A stretch of DNA of 24,937 bases from Promethearchaeota archaeon Loki_b31. Its GTDB lineage: Archaea > Asgardarchaeota > Lokiarchaeia > Sigyniarchaeales > SOKP01. The first letter of the stretch is position 1. Every line of letters begins with the position of its first letter. This document shows positions 1 through 7,938 of this stretch, one piece after another. The stretch is taken from contig NJBI01000051.1 of assembly GCA_005222975.1 (NCBI GenBank), forward strand, positions 1 to 24,937. Direction: 5' to 3'. Made by a program: the position numbers and the translations under genes. The notes beneath the pieces are model-generated. The model searched no databases. It saw only the letters and a program-made list of their open reading frames with translations, and had not been told where the DNA came from.

Positions 1-1
1 T

Positions 2-1375
2 AGTGGTGAAATCCCTAATAATATTGAGTCAACAGAAGTAAATTTAACGATATTTGATCCCGAAGGAAATCAGTGGTATTCAGAAGTGAATTCACCCTTG
101 TCAAATGGAACGGTTTTCTTTTCAGAAATTACGCTCTCTGCTTTAAACACGACAGGCGGTCAATTTGAATATACATTATTCTGGAGTAATGGAATAGCGT
201 TAGGTGGCCTTAAATCGAGTTTTATTGTAAATCACCAGAGCCAAATTAAATTGTTAAAACCTGACGATGCGAAAATTGACCTGAGAACTGATGGTTTTGT
301 GGGAAATATCATTCCTATAAGAGTTATTTTAACTGATCCAGAAAATAATTTACCAATTTCAGGTGCTATAGTTTCATATACTTGGCCGGGAGGAACCACT
401 CACAACTTTACTGAAGTTGCTATTGGCATCTATGAGACAACTCTTGATACTACTGACTTATCCTCGAGAGGATTATACAAGATTTTAATAAGCTCATCAA
501 AATTAGGATTTCTAGAAAGTAACCTTACGCTTGAAATTAATTTAGGTGAGGAATTTGATTTGATTTGGATTATAATACTAATTTCAGCTCTGATTATTAG
601 TGCTTTAGGCATACTTAGCTTGAGATCCTATGTGATATTGCCAAGAAGGAGAAAAAAAGAAGCAGAATTATTAGCTAGAACTCAACGATTTAAGGATGTA
701 GAAAATATTCAAGCAATCGTTGCGATTCATAGAGATAGCGGAATTCCACTCTATTCTAAAAGCTATTCAATTCTAGAAAAGCATAAGAAGGAACTTTTTT
801 CTGGTTTTATTCAAGCCATAATAACAGTTGGAAAAGAAATGGTAGGAAGAAAAGGTGAGGATTTAGTCGAATTTGACGAGGAAGATGGCGGTCGAACAAT
901 CTTAGAACTGGATTTTAAATACTTTTATTGTTTGATCTGTGACCGCCAAGATTTACGAGTCATTTTTATTCTTACAGAAAGAGCTTCTGACAGAATGAAA
1001 AGGCAGATTTCTGATTTGTCTTTAGGAGCAATGTTGGAACTTTCAGAACAAATAGAGAATTGGGATGGCGCTATCCATGAATTTGAATCCAAGTTCCCCC
1101 CAATTATCAATAATTACATAGATTTATACATTAAAGAGCCATTTACCATAAATAACGCAGAATTTATCGCTAAACTAAGAAAAGAGGGTGAATTAAATTC
1201 GATGGAAACCCGTATTTTAAATGTTCTTTATTCGATTGCTAAGAGTAAAAGAGAATTTTACTTGAAGACTATATTTGAAATTATACACGAAAAAAATAGA
1301 GATATTGTTATAGATGGCATAGAAGGATTGATAAAGAAGCAAGTTATTATACCTACCATCAACACAATAAATTAA
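2..1375 (+). CDS. 5'-truncated single-pass membrane protein: extracellular beta-rich (Ig-like) region, TM helix, cytoplasmic longin/roadblock-like domain, C-terminal winged-helix-like tail
   Basis: The frame is open from base 2 (SGEIPNNIESTEVNLTIFDPEGNQWYSEV) into the 86..1375 ORF, so the real start lies upstream of the window. A Thr/Ser-rich beta region is followed by TM LIWIIILISALIISALGILSL, basic RRRKK, then IQAIVAIHRDSGIPLYSKSY...LFSGFIQAI, a pattern typical of Asgard longin-like domains. Confidence 0.75.
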   Translation, partial: SGEIPNNIESTEVNLTIFDPEGNQWYSEVNSPLSNGTVFFSEITLSALNTTGGQFEYTLFWSNGIALGGLKSSFIVNHQSQIKLLKPDDAKIDLRTDGFVGNIIPIRVILTDPENNLPISGAIVSYTWPGGTTHNFTEVAIGIYETTLDTTDLSSRGLYKILISSSKLGFLESNLTLEINLGEEFDLIWIIILISALIISALGILSLRSYVILPRRRKKEAELLARTQRFKDVENIQAIVAIHRDSGIPLYSKSYSILEKHKKELFSGFIQAIITVGKEMVGRKGEDLVEFDEEDGGRTILELDFKYFYCLICDRQDLRVIFILTERASDRMKRQISDLSLGAMLELSEQIENWDGAIHEFESKFPPIINNYIDLYIKEPFTINNAEFIAKLRKEGELNSMETRILNVLYSIAKSKREFYLKTIFEIIHEKNRDIVIDGIEGLIKKQVIIPTINTIN

Positions 1376-1410
1376 TAGCTATTTTTTATTTATTTTTTCT
1401 TAAATTAATT

Positions 1411-2028
1411 ATGAATAATACAAATGATTTAAGGTTAAGATTTGAATGCGTACATTGTGGTAAATGTTGTACTGATTTAGATACATTAGTTAACATCACT
1501 TATTCAGATATTATTCGCATCAAAAATGGTTTAAACTTAAATTTAGACGAAATAATCGAAATTTTAGGGTTCTATGTATTTGATAAAAAACCTACTACAA
1601 AGGAAATTAGTAGGATGGTTGTTCCACCTATTGAAACGGAACGAGGTTTAGCGTTTGTGGGGCTTAAAAAAAGAAATGGTCAATGTTACTTTTACGATGA
1701 GACAAAAAAGAGGTGCTCAATTTACGATTTTAGACCTAACTTTTGTAGGACATTTCCATTTACCTTCAAACTCTTAATTGATAAAGAAAATCCAAAAAAA
1801 AGCGAGATAGAAATATTCTACACCGAAAAAGGACTTAAATATTGTCAAGGAATAGGAGAAAGCGCTCCATTTATTGATAATGACAACTGGATTCAAATAG
1901 GTCAAAGGGTCATCCAAGATTTAACCAAAAATAATGTACTAATTAAAGAATGGAATAAGGGAGTAAAAGAAAATAAAATATCTCCTTCAGTTAGAAATTT
2001 TATATTAACAATTTTTAATTTAGAGTAA
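1411..2028 (+). CDS. YkgJ family (CxxCxxCC) Zn/Fe-S cysteine-cluster protein
   Basis: Motifs FECVHCGKCC, CYFYD...CSIYDFRPNFCRTFPF and distal CQGIG. Confidence 0.9.
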   Translation: MNNTNDLRLRFECVHCGKCCTDLDTLVNITYSDIIRIKNGLNLNLDEIIEILGFYVFDKKPTTKEISRMVVPPIETERGLAFVGLKKRNGQCYFYDETKKRCSIYDFRPNFCRTFPFTFKLLIDKENPKKSEIEIFYTEKGLKYCQGIGESAPFIDNDNWIQIGQRVIQDLTKNNVLIKEWNKGVKENKISPSVRNFILTIFNLE

Positions 2029-2048
2029 CGAAATCTACCGTTAATTTT

Positions 2049-3611
2049 TTAAACATATTGCGAGAGTGCTATCATTGCCCAAAAAAGCATACGGAGCTCA
2101 ATTTTAAGCGCTAACTTAACAGTTTTCCAATTAAAATTATTAGTGTCGAGCGTATTTTTAAATACACTTAAATTTTGATTTAAGAAATTTAATAAATTGG
2201 AAATAGAATTTAACTCCGTGTCGTTTGAGTTTAACATTCTAAAAATTAATAACGCTCTAGCCGAGTCAGTAATGCTGCCATTAATGGAGCCGTTACGTAG
2301 CATCCTTTGTTTTAATTCGTCTAGATAAAAATCTTTCAAATTACTAAAATCTACCCCAGAATCTAATAATCTCAATAGTGCTAAATAGAAAAATATATCT
2401 GAAGATGGTTTAAATTCGTCTAAATTGAATAGATCAAGATTAACTAACGGTTTAATCAAATAACTTTTGTCAGTTATAATCCCTCCGTTATTTTCTAACA
2501 ATCTTAAACCTAAAACAGTAAAAAAATTTAAAGCCAACTTTTCAGGCATGAATTTATTTAGTTCGTTTTCGAGAAACATCTCCACGTCTAATAAGTCAAT
2601 TATATCAGAATTATTCAATAAATCTATTTCAGTTAAAATAGACAATCCATAAAATATACTAACTGGATTTGGGATATGGTACTTTCCTGTACTAAAAACT
2701 CTTCCATTAACAAATTCACTTACAATATTTATAATATCATTAGCTTCAAGAGGACTTTCTACGCCTAACATTTTAAAAATACTAATGGTATAAAACAGAT
2801 TTTCCAAATCTAAAAGTTCTTGAGAATATTTTAAAATCTCACTTAATTGGTTTATATCGATTCCAATTTTTTCAACAATAGATTGACTTATTTTAGGGAA
2901 GGTTACAAAATAATCTAAAAAGGATTGTTTTTGTTCTTGAATTCGATTTACAGGTTGTTTTAAAGCGTCTATGTTATCCATACGAGCTTCTTGTAGCATT
3001 TTCAATATATTTGTTTCAGACTTTGCGTCCATAGACTCTTTTATCTCGAAACTATTTAATTTAAAAGTTAAGTTTGAGGAATCGAAGTACTTCCATATTT
3101 CGGTAATGAAAAATTTAAAACGGTTTTTATCATCTTCCGATATCTGAATTTCATTTTTGAACTGGTTCAATTTATTAAGAAATTCACGAGGTAATAAATC
3201 GAAAAGATCGAGGTTTTCTATTTTAATTTTATCAATGTTAGTCAAATATTCGATGAAAATAATAAATAGATGCCTATTAACATAATCTTTTAAACTGATT
3301 TGTAAAAAGGAATTATAATTAGAATACTTATTTCTATTTTCTTCAAAACTTTTTCGATATAGCTCGTTATCAGATGAAAGGTTATCTGTAGAAACGCCTA
3401 TAGTAGTTAATGCGGAATTTGTAGCATTTATCATCGCTATTATAGTTTTTCTTATAATATCTTCCGGTTCAGTATTGATGTTTAACATAACATTAACTTT
3501 TTTTGAAACTATGAAATCAGTAATATATGATGTGCATTTCTCATATGTTTCATAGATTTCGTCTTTCATTTGATCAATAAACTTTTCTAAAATTTTTACA
3601 ATATCATCCAT
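2049..3611 (-). CDS. Hypothetical helical protein (520 aa); C-terminal half may be a degenerate prenyltransferase/squalene-cyclase-type alpha-alpha toroid
   Basis: Long uninterrupted ORF. Repeated helix-turn units such as GRVFSTGKYHIPNPVSIFYGLSIL and NGSINGSITDSARALLIFRML. The fold call is weak. Confidence 0.6.
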   Translation of the reverse strand: MDDIVKILEKFIDQMKDEIYETYEKCTSYITDFIVSKKVNVMLNINTEPEDIIRKTIIAMINATNSALTTIGVSTDNLSSDNELYRKSFEENRNKYSNYNSFLQISLKDYVNRHLFIIFIEYLTNIDKIKIENLDLFDLLPREFLNKLNQFKNEIQISEDDKNRFKFFITEIWKYFDSSNLTFKLNSFEIKESMDAKSETNILKMLQEARMDNIDALKQPVNRIQEQKQSFLDYFVTFPKISQSIVEKIGIDINQLSEILKYSQELLDLENLFYTISIFKMLGVESPLEANDIINIVSEFVNGRVFSTGKYHIPNPVSIFYGLSILTEIDLLNNSDIIDLLDVEMFLENELNKFMPEKLALNFFTVLGLRLLENNGGIITDKSYLIKPLVNLDLFNLDEFKPSSDIFFYLALLRLLDSGVDFSNLKDFYLDELKQRMLRNGSINGSITDSARALLIFRMLNSNDTELNSISNLLNFLNQNLSVFKNTLDTNNFNWKTVKLALKIELRMLFWAMIALSQYV

Positions 3612-3772
3612 ATTTTAATTCGTGTCCAGAAAGCAAATATTATGTTATTGTTTAATTATTTAATTGGATAATTTTTATTTTTTTATATTATTTTTACTTA
3701 AAATTTGAAAAAACCAAAAGCTAAAACAATTAATAAAATTTTTTAAATTAAAAATTAGTAATAATTTAATCG

Positions 3773-4519
3773 ATGGAAAAGGACTTATATAACTTTCTAG
3801 CAAAAGATTATCACAAAAAGAGAAGTAAACCTTGGAAAGATTTAGAAACATTTGTAAAGGAGATAAAAGAAAAAGAAATTTCTTTTACAGGCTACAATAT
3901 TGACTTAGGATGTGCGAATGGTAGAAATTTTAGCGCATTCTTACAACCTAATAATAAATTAATTGGAGTTGATAATTCTTTCGAATTTTTAAAGATTGCA
4001 AGAGATCATCTCAAATCTGATAATAATCTTCCCAAAAATAGTTCTAATTTCATCCAATTAATACTAAGCGATATCTTATTTTTACCAATACGACCTAATG
4101 TTATTCAAAACATTTTTTCAATCGCTACTATACATCATATTAAAGGTAAAACTCAACTTAATTACGCAATTTCGCAATTTAACCGTTTGTTAAGAAATAA
4201 GGGATATTTTTTGTTAACAGTGTGGCGAAAGTACCAAAAGAATTATAGAAGTTATTTTATAAAGGACAAGATAAAAAGGCTATTTAATCCAAAATATAGA
4301 AAAACTCAAATTAATCTTGGATTGAATGAATACGGTGATAAATTCGTCCCATGGACTTTGTCCGCTGAAAAAAAAACCTACAATCGATTTTATCACTTTT
4401 TCTCTAACAATGAAATAAAGAAATTGTTAAACGAATATATTATCCTAGAATTTAAAAAGATGGGTGGTCCAAATAAGAAGGATAACTTCTTCATATTAGC
4501 TCAAAAAGTAATTAAATAA
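3773..4519 (+). CDS. Class I SAM-dependent methyltransferase, Trm9/ALKBH8-like (candidate tRNA wobble-U34 carboxymethyl methyltransferase)
   Basis: RSKPW, motif I IDLGCANGRN, SIATIHHI, DKFVPW, RFYHFF and DNFFILAQK, in the same order as the Trm9/ALKBH8 conserved blocks. Confidence 0.8.
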   Translation: MEKDLYNFLAKDYHKKRSKPWKDLETFVKEIKEKEISFTGYNIDLGCANGRNFSAFLQPNNKLIGVDNSFEFLKIARDHLKSDNNLPKNSSNFIQLILSDILFLPIRPNVIQNIFSIATIHHIKGKTQLNYAISQFNRLLRNKGYFLLTVWRKYQKNYRSYFIKDKIKRLFNPKYRKTQINLGLNEYGDKFVPWTLSAEKKTYNRFYHFFSNNEIKKLLNEYIILEFKKMGGPNKKDNFFILAQKVIK

Positions 4520-4539
4520 AAGCACATGAAATTCCAGAT

Positions 4540-5034
4540 TTATTCATGGCAAATAAACGTGTTATATGATTTAATAACGAACGGTTTGAAATTATCATAA
4601 AATTTATCAATAATATTTGTATGTAGATTAATTAATCGTTCTGTTATATCGCAATAGAAAATTCCGTGAATACATTTTTCTCGGTAGTATCTCTTTCTCA
4701 TCATTTTAGTACGGTGCCCGTACCAAAAAGTAAATTCGTGACTCCTTAACCATGTATTTTCTTTAGAGGTAACCACAAATCCGATTGCATTAAATAACTC
4801 TATTGATTGCTGCACTTCCTTGGCGTAGTAGAATCCATCTCTTTCTTTTTTTTCCCAAAGAATTTCCATTTTAGCATTAGAACCATAAATCTCGTCGTAA
4901 TCGTTTTGAGAGTGGAATGTTAAATTTCCTTCGTTTTTATCGCCATTAAATTCTACTTCTCTAAACCAAATAGGCAACTTAGGAACTAGGATTTTAGCTT
5001 CAAGCTTCTCATAGCTGTAATAATTGTATTCCAT
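4540..5034 (-). CDS. Hypothetical protein (164 aa, aromatic-rich alpha/beta)
   Basis: ATG-start ORF with a GGTGA Shine-Dalgarno-like motif 7 nt upstream. No family recognised. Confidence 0.7.
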   Translation of the reverse strand: MEYNYYSYEKLEAKILVPKLPIWFREVEFNGDKNEGNLTFHSQNDYDEIYGSNAKMEILWEKKERDGFYYAKEVQQSIELFNAIGFVVTSKENTWLRSHEFTFWYGHRTKMMRKRYYREKCIHGIFYCDITERLINLHTNIIDKFYDNFKPFVIKSYNTFICHE

Positions 5035-5041
5035 TCATTCG

Positions 5042-5046
5042 TCACC
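5042..5046 (-). promoter_or_regulatory. Putative ribosome-binding site (GGTGA) for the 4540..5034 gene
   Basis: tcacc on the + strand reads GGTGA on the - strand, 7 nt before the ATG at 5034. Confidence 0.5.
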
Positions 5047-5228
5047 AGGTTATAGATAAATTCTGTAATTTGTTATATAATATTTTGATATACCATCTAA
5101 ATAGTTTTGGTAAATAAAAATCTTTATTTTCCCTATTGAATAAGCATTTAAGAATATTGTATAAAAAAAATTAATTAAAATTTATGGATTTAAAAAGGTG
5201 AAGGCATAGAAGTATATTGCTTTTAGCA

Positions 5229-5528
5229 CTATTTCAACATTTCTTTTCCTTCGTCGCACCATTTACTTAATCTTTCTTCGGAAACTCCTTTGATTAAGGG
5301 TGCTAGTTCTCCTGGATTTTCTTTAATGAGTTCTTCAACACAACTTACTCCAAGTTCCTCTAGTTTTTTAGCAGCAGCAGGCCCCAAACCTGTTAAAGAG
5401 GTCAATTTTGTCTTTTCAAATTTTAACTTTTCTTTCTTCTCTTTCTTTGCGAGTGATAATGCTACTTTTCTACTTTTGGTTTGAAAGGCGTTCTTTTCTT
5501 TTCTTTGAACACATAAGGCTTCTTCTTT
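5229..5528 (-). CDS. Helix-hairpin-helix domain reading frame (HHH_5/DUF4332-like), in the -1 frame relative to L13e; probably the C-terminal part of an L13e-HhH fusion
   Basis: Absent from the ORF track. Manual translation gives ...KVALSLAKKEKKEKLKFEKTKLTSLTGLGPAAAKKLEELGVSCVEELIKENPGELAPLIKGVSEERLSKWCDEGKEMLK*, with the HhH motif LTGLGPAAAKKL. The frame is open from 5528 and overlaps the L13e 3' end. Confidence 0.8.
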   Translation of the reverse strand, partial: KEEALCVQRKEKNAFQTKSRKVALSLAKKEKKEKLKFEKTKLTSLTGLGPAAAKKLEELGVSCVEELIKENPGELAPLIKGVSEERLSKWCDEGKEMLK

Positions 5529-5749
5529 TTAACTTTCTTGCTAACTGGTTTTAATTTTTTTAGCTGTTCAACATTAAGCTCGTGCTTAGATCTCCTAAAA
5601 TAATCAACATTTATGTTTAAAGCTCTTAATAATTCAGGTGTTTTTCCAGCTTCTTTTATTTCTGACAAGGAAAACCCTTTAGCTTCACGTTTATGAGCGT
5701 CTTTTGCGGGAGAAATTACTACTGCCACTGTATTTTTATTATTTACCAT
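5462..5749 (-). CDS. rpl13e: 50S ribosomal protein L13e (eL13) with Lys-rich tail
   Basis: REAKGFSLSEIKEAG...LNINVDYFRRSKHELNVEQLK matches the eL13 consensus RxGRGFSLxELxxAG...VDxRRxSxHxxNVxxL. Confidence 0.88.
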   Translation of the reverse strand: MVNNKNTVAVVISPAKDAHKREAKGFSLSEIKEAGKTPELLRALNINVDYFRRSKHELNVEQLKKLKPVSKKVKKKKPYVFKEKKRTPFKPKVEK

Positions 5750-5904
5750 GATCTAAATACTACTAAATTGATAATAAAGTAATTTAGATAAAAATAGAAA
5801 CCTTTTATTTTTTTCTATTTGAGTGAGGTTTAACTTATTATTTAGTGATAACTCGAAGAAAAACACACTTTTAACTATAAAGAAATTCTATAGAAAAAAA
5901 CTTT

Positions 5905-6546
5905 TTAAATTTTAATTATGTCTAATTGCTCTAATCTTTTTAAAACCTCGTTCACATAGTTCCGCGTTTTACCTAAATCTCTCGCGATTCTTAGCGGTGA
6001 GGCCTTACCAGTGCATTTTAAAGCAACTTGAAAATCATAGTCGTTAATCATTCCCATTGCCAAAATCTTTTCCATAACTTTTTTTACGACAAGCAATTTT
6101 GGAAAAACTTCTGCTATCGTTCCTCCACGGGTCAAATTTTCGATATCAGCAATAATCGTTTGAAATCTAGATTTCTCTGAAGTTGTTCTAAAGATTTTTA
6201 TATCTGATTGGTGTTTTTTCCAAAATCTGTTGGTGATTTTTTTATTTACTTCAATTAATTTATCTACATCATCATCTGCGTCAGAAATTGAACAAAAAAG
6301 AATTCTTGAAAGGGGATGATAAATAATAATAATGGTAGAGTTTTCAGATTCGACAATTCTAGTAATTTCGTTTCCATTTTTTCCCTTAACCATAGCAGCT
6401 TGGATTACATCAATAATATCATTTATTTCTTTGAAGAACCCCGGTATGACACCTTTAGGTATTTTATTTTCTTTTAGTTCTTTAAATGTAGCTTCCATCA
6501 GCACCACACCGCTATCGCTATCAATTAAAAAAATCTTATAGATAAT
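5905..6546 (-). CDS. Longin/roadblock-like domain protein with C-terminal helix-turn-helix; true start probably upstream of the called GTG at 6507
   Basis: The frame extends upstream as IIYKIFLIDSDSGVVLMEATF (longin-like first beta-hairpin). Internal IPGFFKEI and ILFCSISDADDD. C-terminal SPLRIARDLGKTRNYVNEVLKRLEQLDIIKI is a wHTH pattern. Confidence 0.7.
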   Translation of the reverse strand: MIYKIFLIDSDSGVVLMEATFKELKENKIPKGVIPGFFKEINDIIDVIQAAMVKGKNGNEITRIVESENSTIIIIYHPLSRILFCSISDADDDVDKLIEVNKKITNRFWKKHQSDIKIFRTTSEKSRFQTIIADIENLTRGGTIAEVFPKLLVVKKVMEKILAMGMINDYDFQVALKCTGKASPLRIARDLGKTRNYVNEVLKRLEQLDIIKI

Positions 6547-6704
6547 AGTATTTTCCCCTTAACATATTAACAAATTTTTTTAAAAAAATATACTAAATTA
6601 GTAAAAATTCTTTCTTAATAATCTATTTCTTTAGTAAGAATATCATTAAAAATAAAAATAGATAATTTTATACTCTTTATAATAATTCAAAAAAGCAAAT
6701 AGAT

Positions 6705-7919
6705 ATGAAAACTCATAAAATAGCATTTTTATTGTTAACCTTTCTTTTTCCAATGAACTTAATGTCAATTGCTTCAACTGAAGGCATCTCTAATTACGAA
6801 GTTAGTCAAAGCGTTACATATCAAGTAGAACTTGACTATACCTTTACACATACTCAAATATCTCCGCAGACATATTATTTTAAAGTCGCACGATTAAACG
6901 ATCGCCAACCGAATTCGATGGTTACCCAATATTGTCCTCCATATCAAGAATCTAACTTGTTGTACAATTCAATAACGGGAACCGATTCTCTAATTATGGG
7001 TTCGCTAGATAAATTCAATAACACTTATGATTTATTTAACGCTACTCTAAATAGCGTTACTTCTGATACTATTACTTTAAGTCAAAAATATAAAGTAAAA
7101 CTTAGCGAGGTAACATTTGGTACTATCTTAGATTCAGACATCGGAAGTTATAATACTTCTGACGAAATGTTTGATTTATATTGCAACAATACGGAAGAAT
7201 ATTACGAGCGAGACGACCCCGATCTAATTGCTGCGTCAAATAGTATCGTTGATCCTAGTGATAATCCGCTCGAAAAGGCTCAAAAGATTAGCAGCTGGGT
7301 TTCAAATTATCTTACTTACTCTGAAAGCCTTCCTGCTTTAGAGAAAGGCGCATCTTGGGCGTACGACAATCAATTAGGTGATTGTAGCGAATATTCTACT
7401 TTAATGATTACTTTGTTGAGAATTCAAGGGATTCCAGCCAGAAAAGTATCCGGATATTTGATATCAGCAGATTCAAATCTTCAACCGGCAGTCGGGCAAG
7501 TCTTTCACTTTCAAGCTAGTTCAAGTGGAACTTCAAGCATTTTAGGCCATGCTTGGGTCGAGTACTATATTCCCGAAATTGGATGGATTGCTTGCGAACC
7601 ACAAAACCCAAACTACTACAAAAAAAGCGATTATCTAAGGTTAAATTTAAATATCGGCGCTTGGTTTTTTCTGCCGGGGGCATCACCAGGACATGATTAT
7701 ATTTCAGAGTTCCCACCCATTCCGTCACCAGTAGCATACGACCACGACGCTTACACTTTTAATTACGATGTAAAAATAACTGTATTAGAGACAAGTTTTA
7801 ATTCCTTAGATCTTCTAATTATTATAATAATTAGTTCTATATTAGGGGTTGTAATAATCGGGATAGCTCTGTTAATTAGATCAAGCAGAAAAAAGAGAAA
7901 AGAATATCTTACTCATTAA
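6705..7919 (+). CDS. Exported, C-terminally membrane-anchored transglutaminase-like (Cys protease fold) protein
   Basis: N-terminal signal peptide, GDCSEYS (catalytic Cys), GIPARKVSGY, HAWVEYY (His), GWIACEP, and C-terminal TM plus RKKRK. Confidence 0.9.
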   Translation: MKTHKIAFLLLTFLFPMNLMSIASTEGISNYEVSQSVTYQVELDYTFTHTQISPQTYYFKVARLNDRQPNSMVTQYCPPYQESNLLYNSITGTDSLIMGSLDKFNNTYDLFNATLNSVTSDTITLSQKYKVKLSEVTFGTILDSDIGSYNTSDEMFDLYCNNTEEYYERDDPDLIAASNSIVDPSDNPLEKAQKISSWVSNYLTYSESLPALEKGASWAYDNQLGDCSEYSTLMITLLRIQGIPARKVSGYLISADSNLQPAVGQVFHFQASSSGTSSILGHAWVEYYIPEIGWIACEPQNPNYYKKSDYLRLNLNIGAWFFLPGASPGHDYISEFPPIPSPVAYDHDAYTFNYDVKITVLETSFNSLDLLIIIIISSILGVVIIGIALLIRSSRKKRKEYLTH

Positions 7920-7928
7920 TTTTTTTTT
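7919..7928. terminator. Oligo-T tract between convergent genes (possible archaeal terminator)
   Basis: A T9 run follows the 7919 stop within a 19-nt convergent gap. Confidence 0.35.
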
Positions 7929-7938
7929 AATTAAGCTC

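Noticed and set aside
5423-5464. Pyrrolysine or stop read-through of the L13e TAG
   Set aside because: The same frame closes with TAA after 12 more codons, and the HhH domain is in the -1 frame.
7780-7919. Transglutaminase C-terminus as an archaeosortase substrate
   Set aside because: TM plus basic tail is present, but no PGF/IPG[FY]-like signature precedes the helix.
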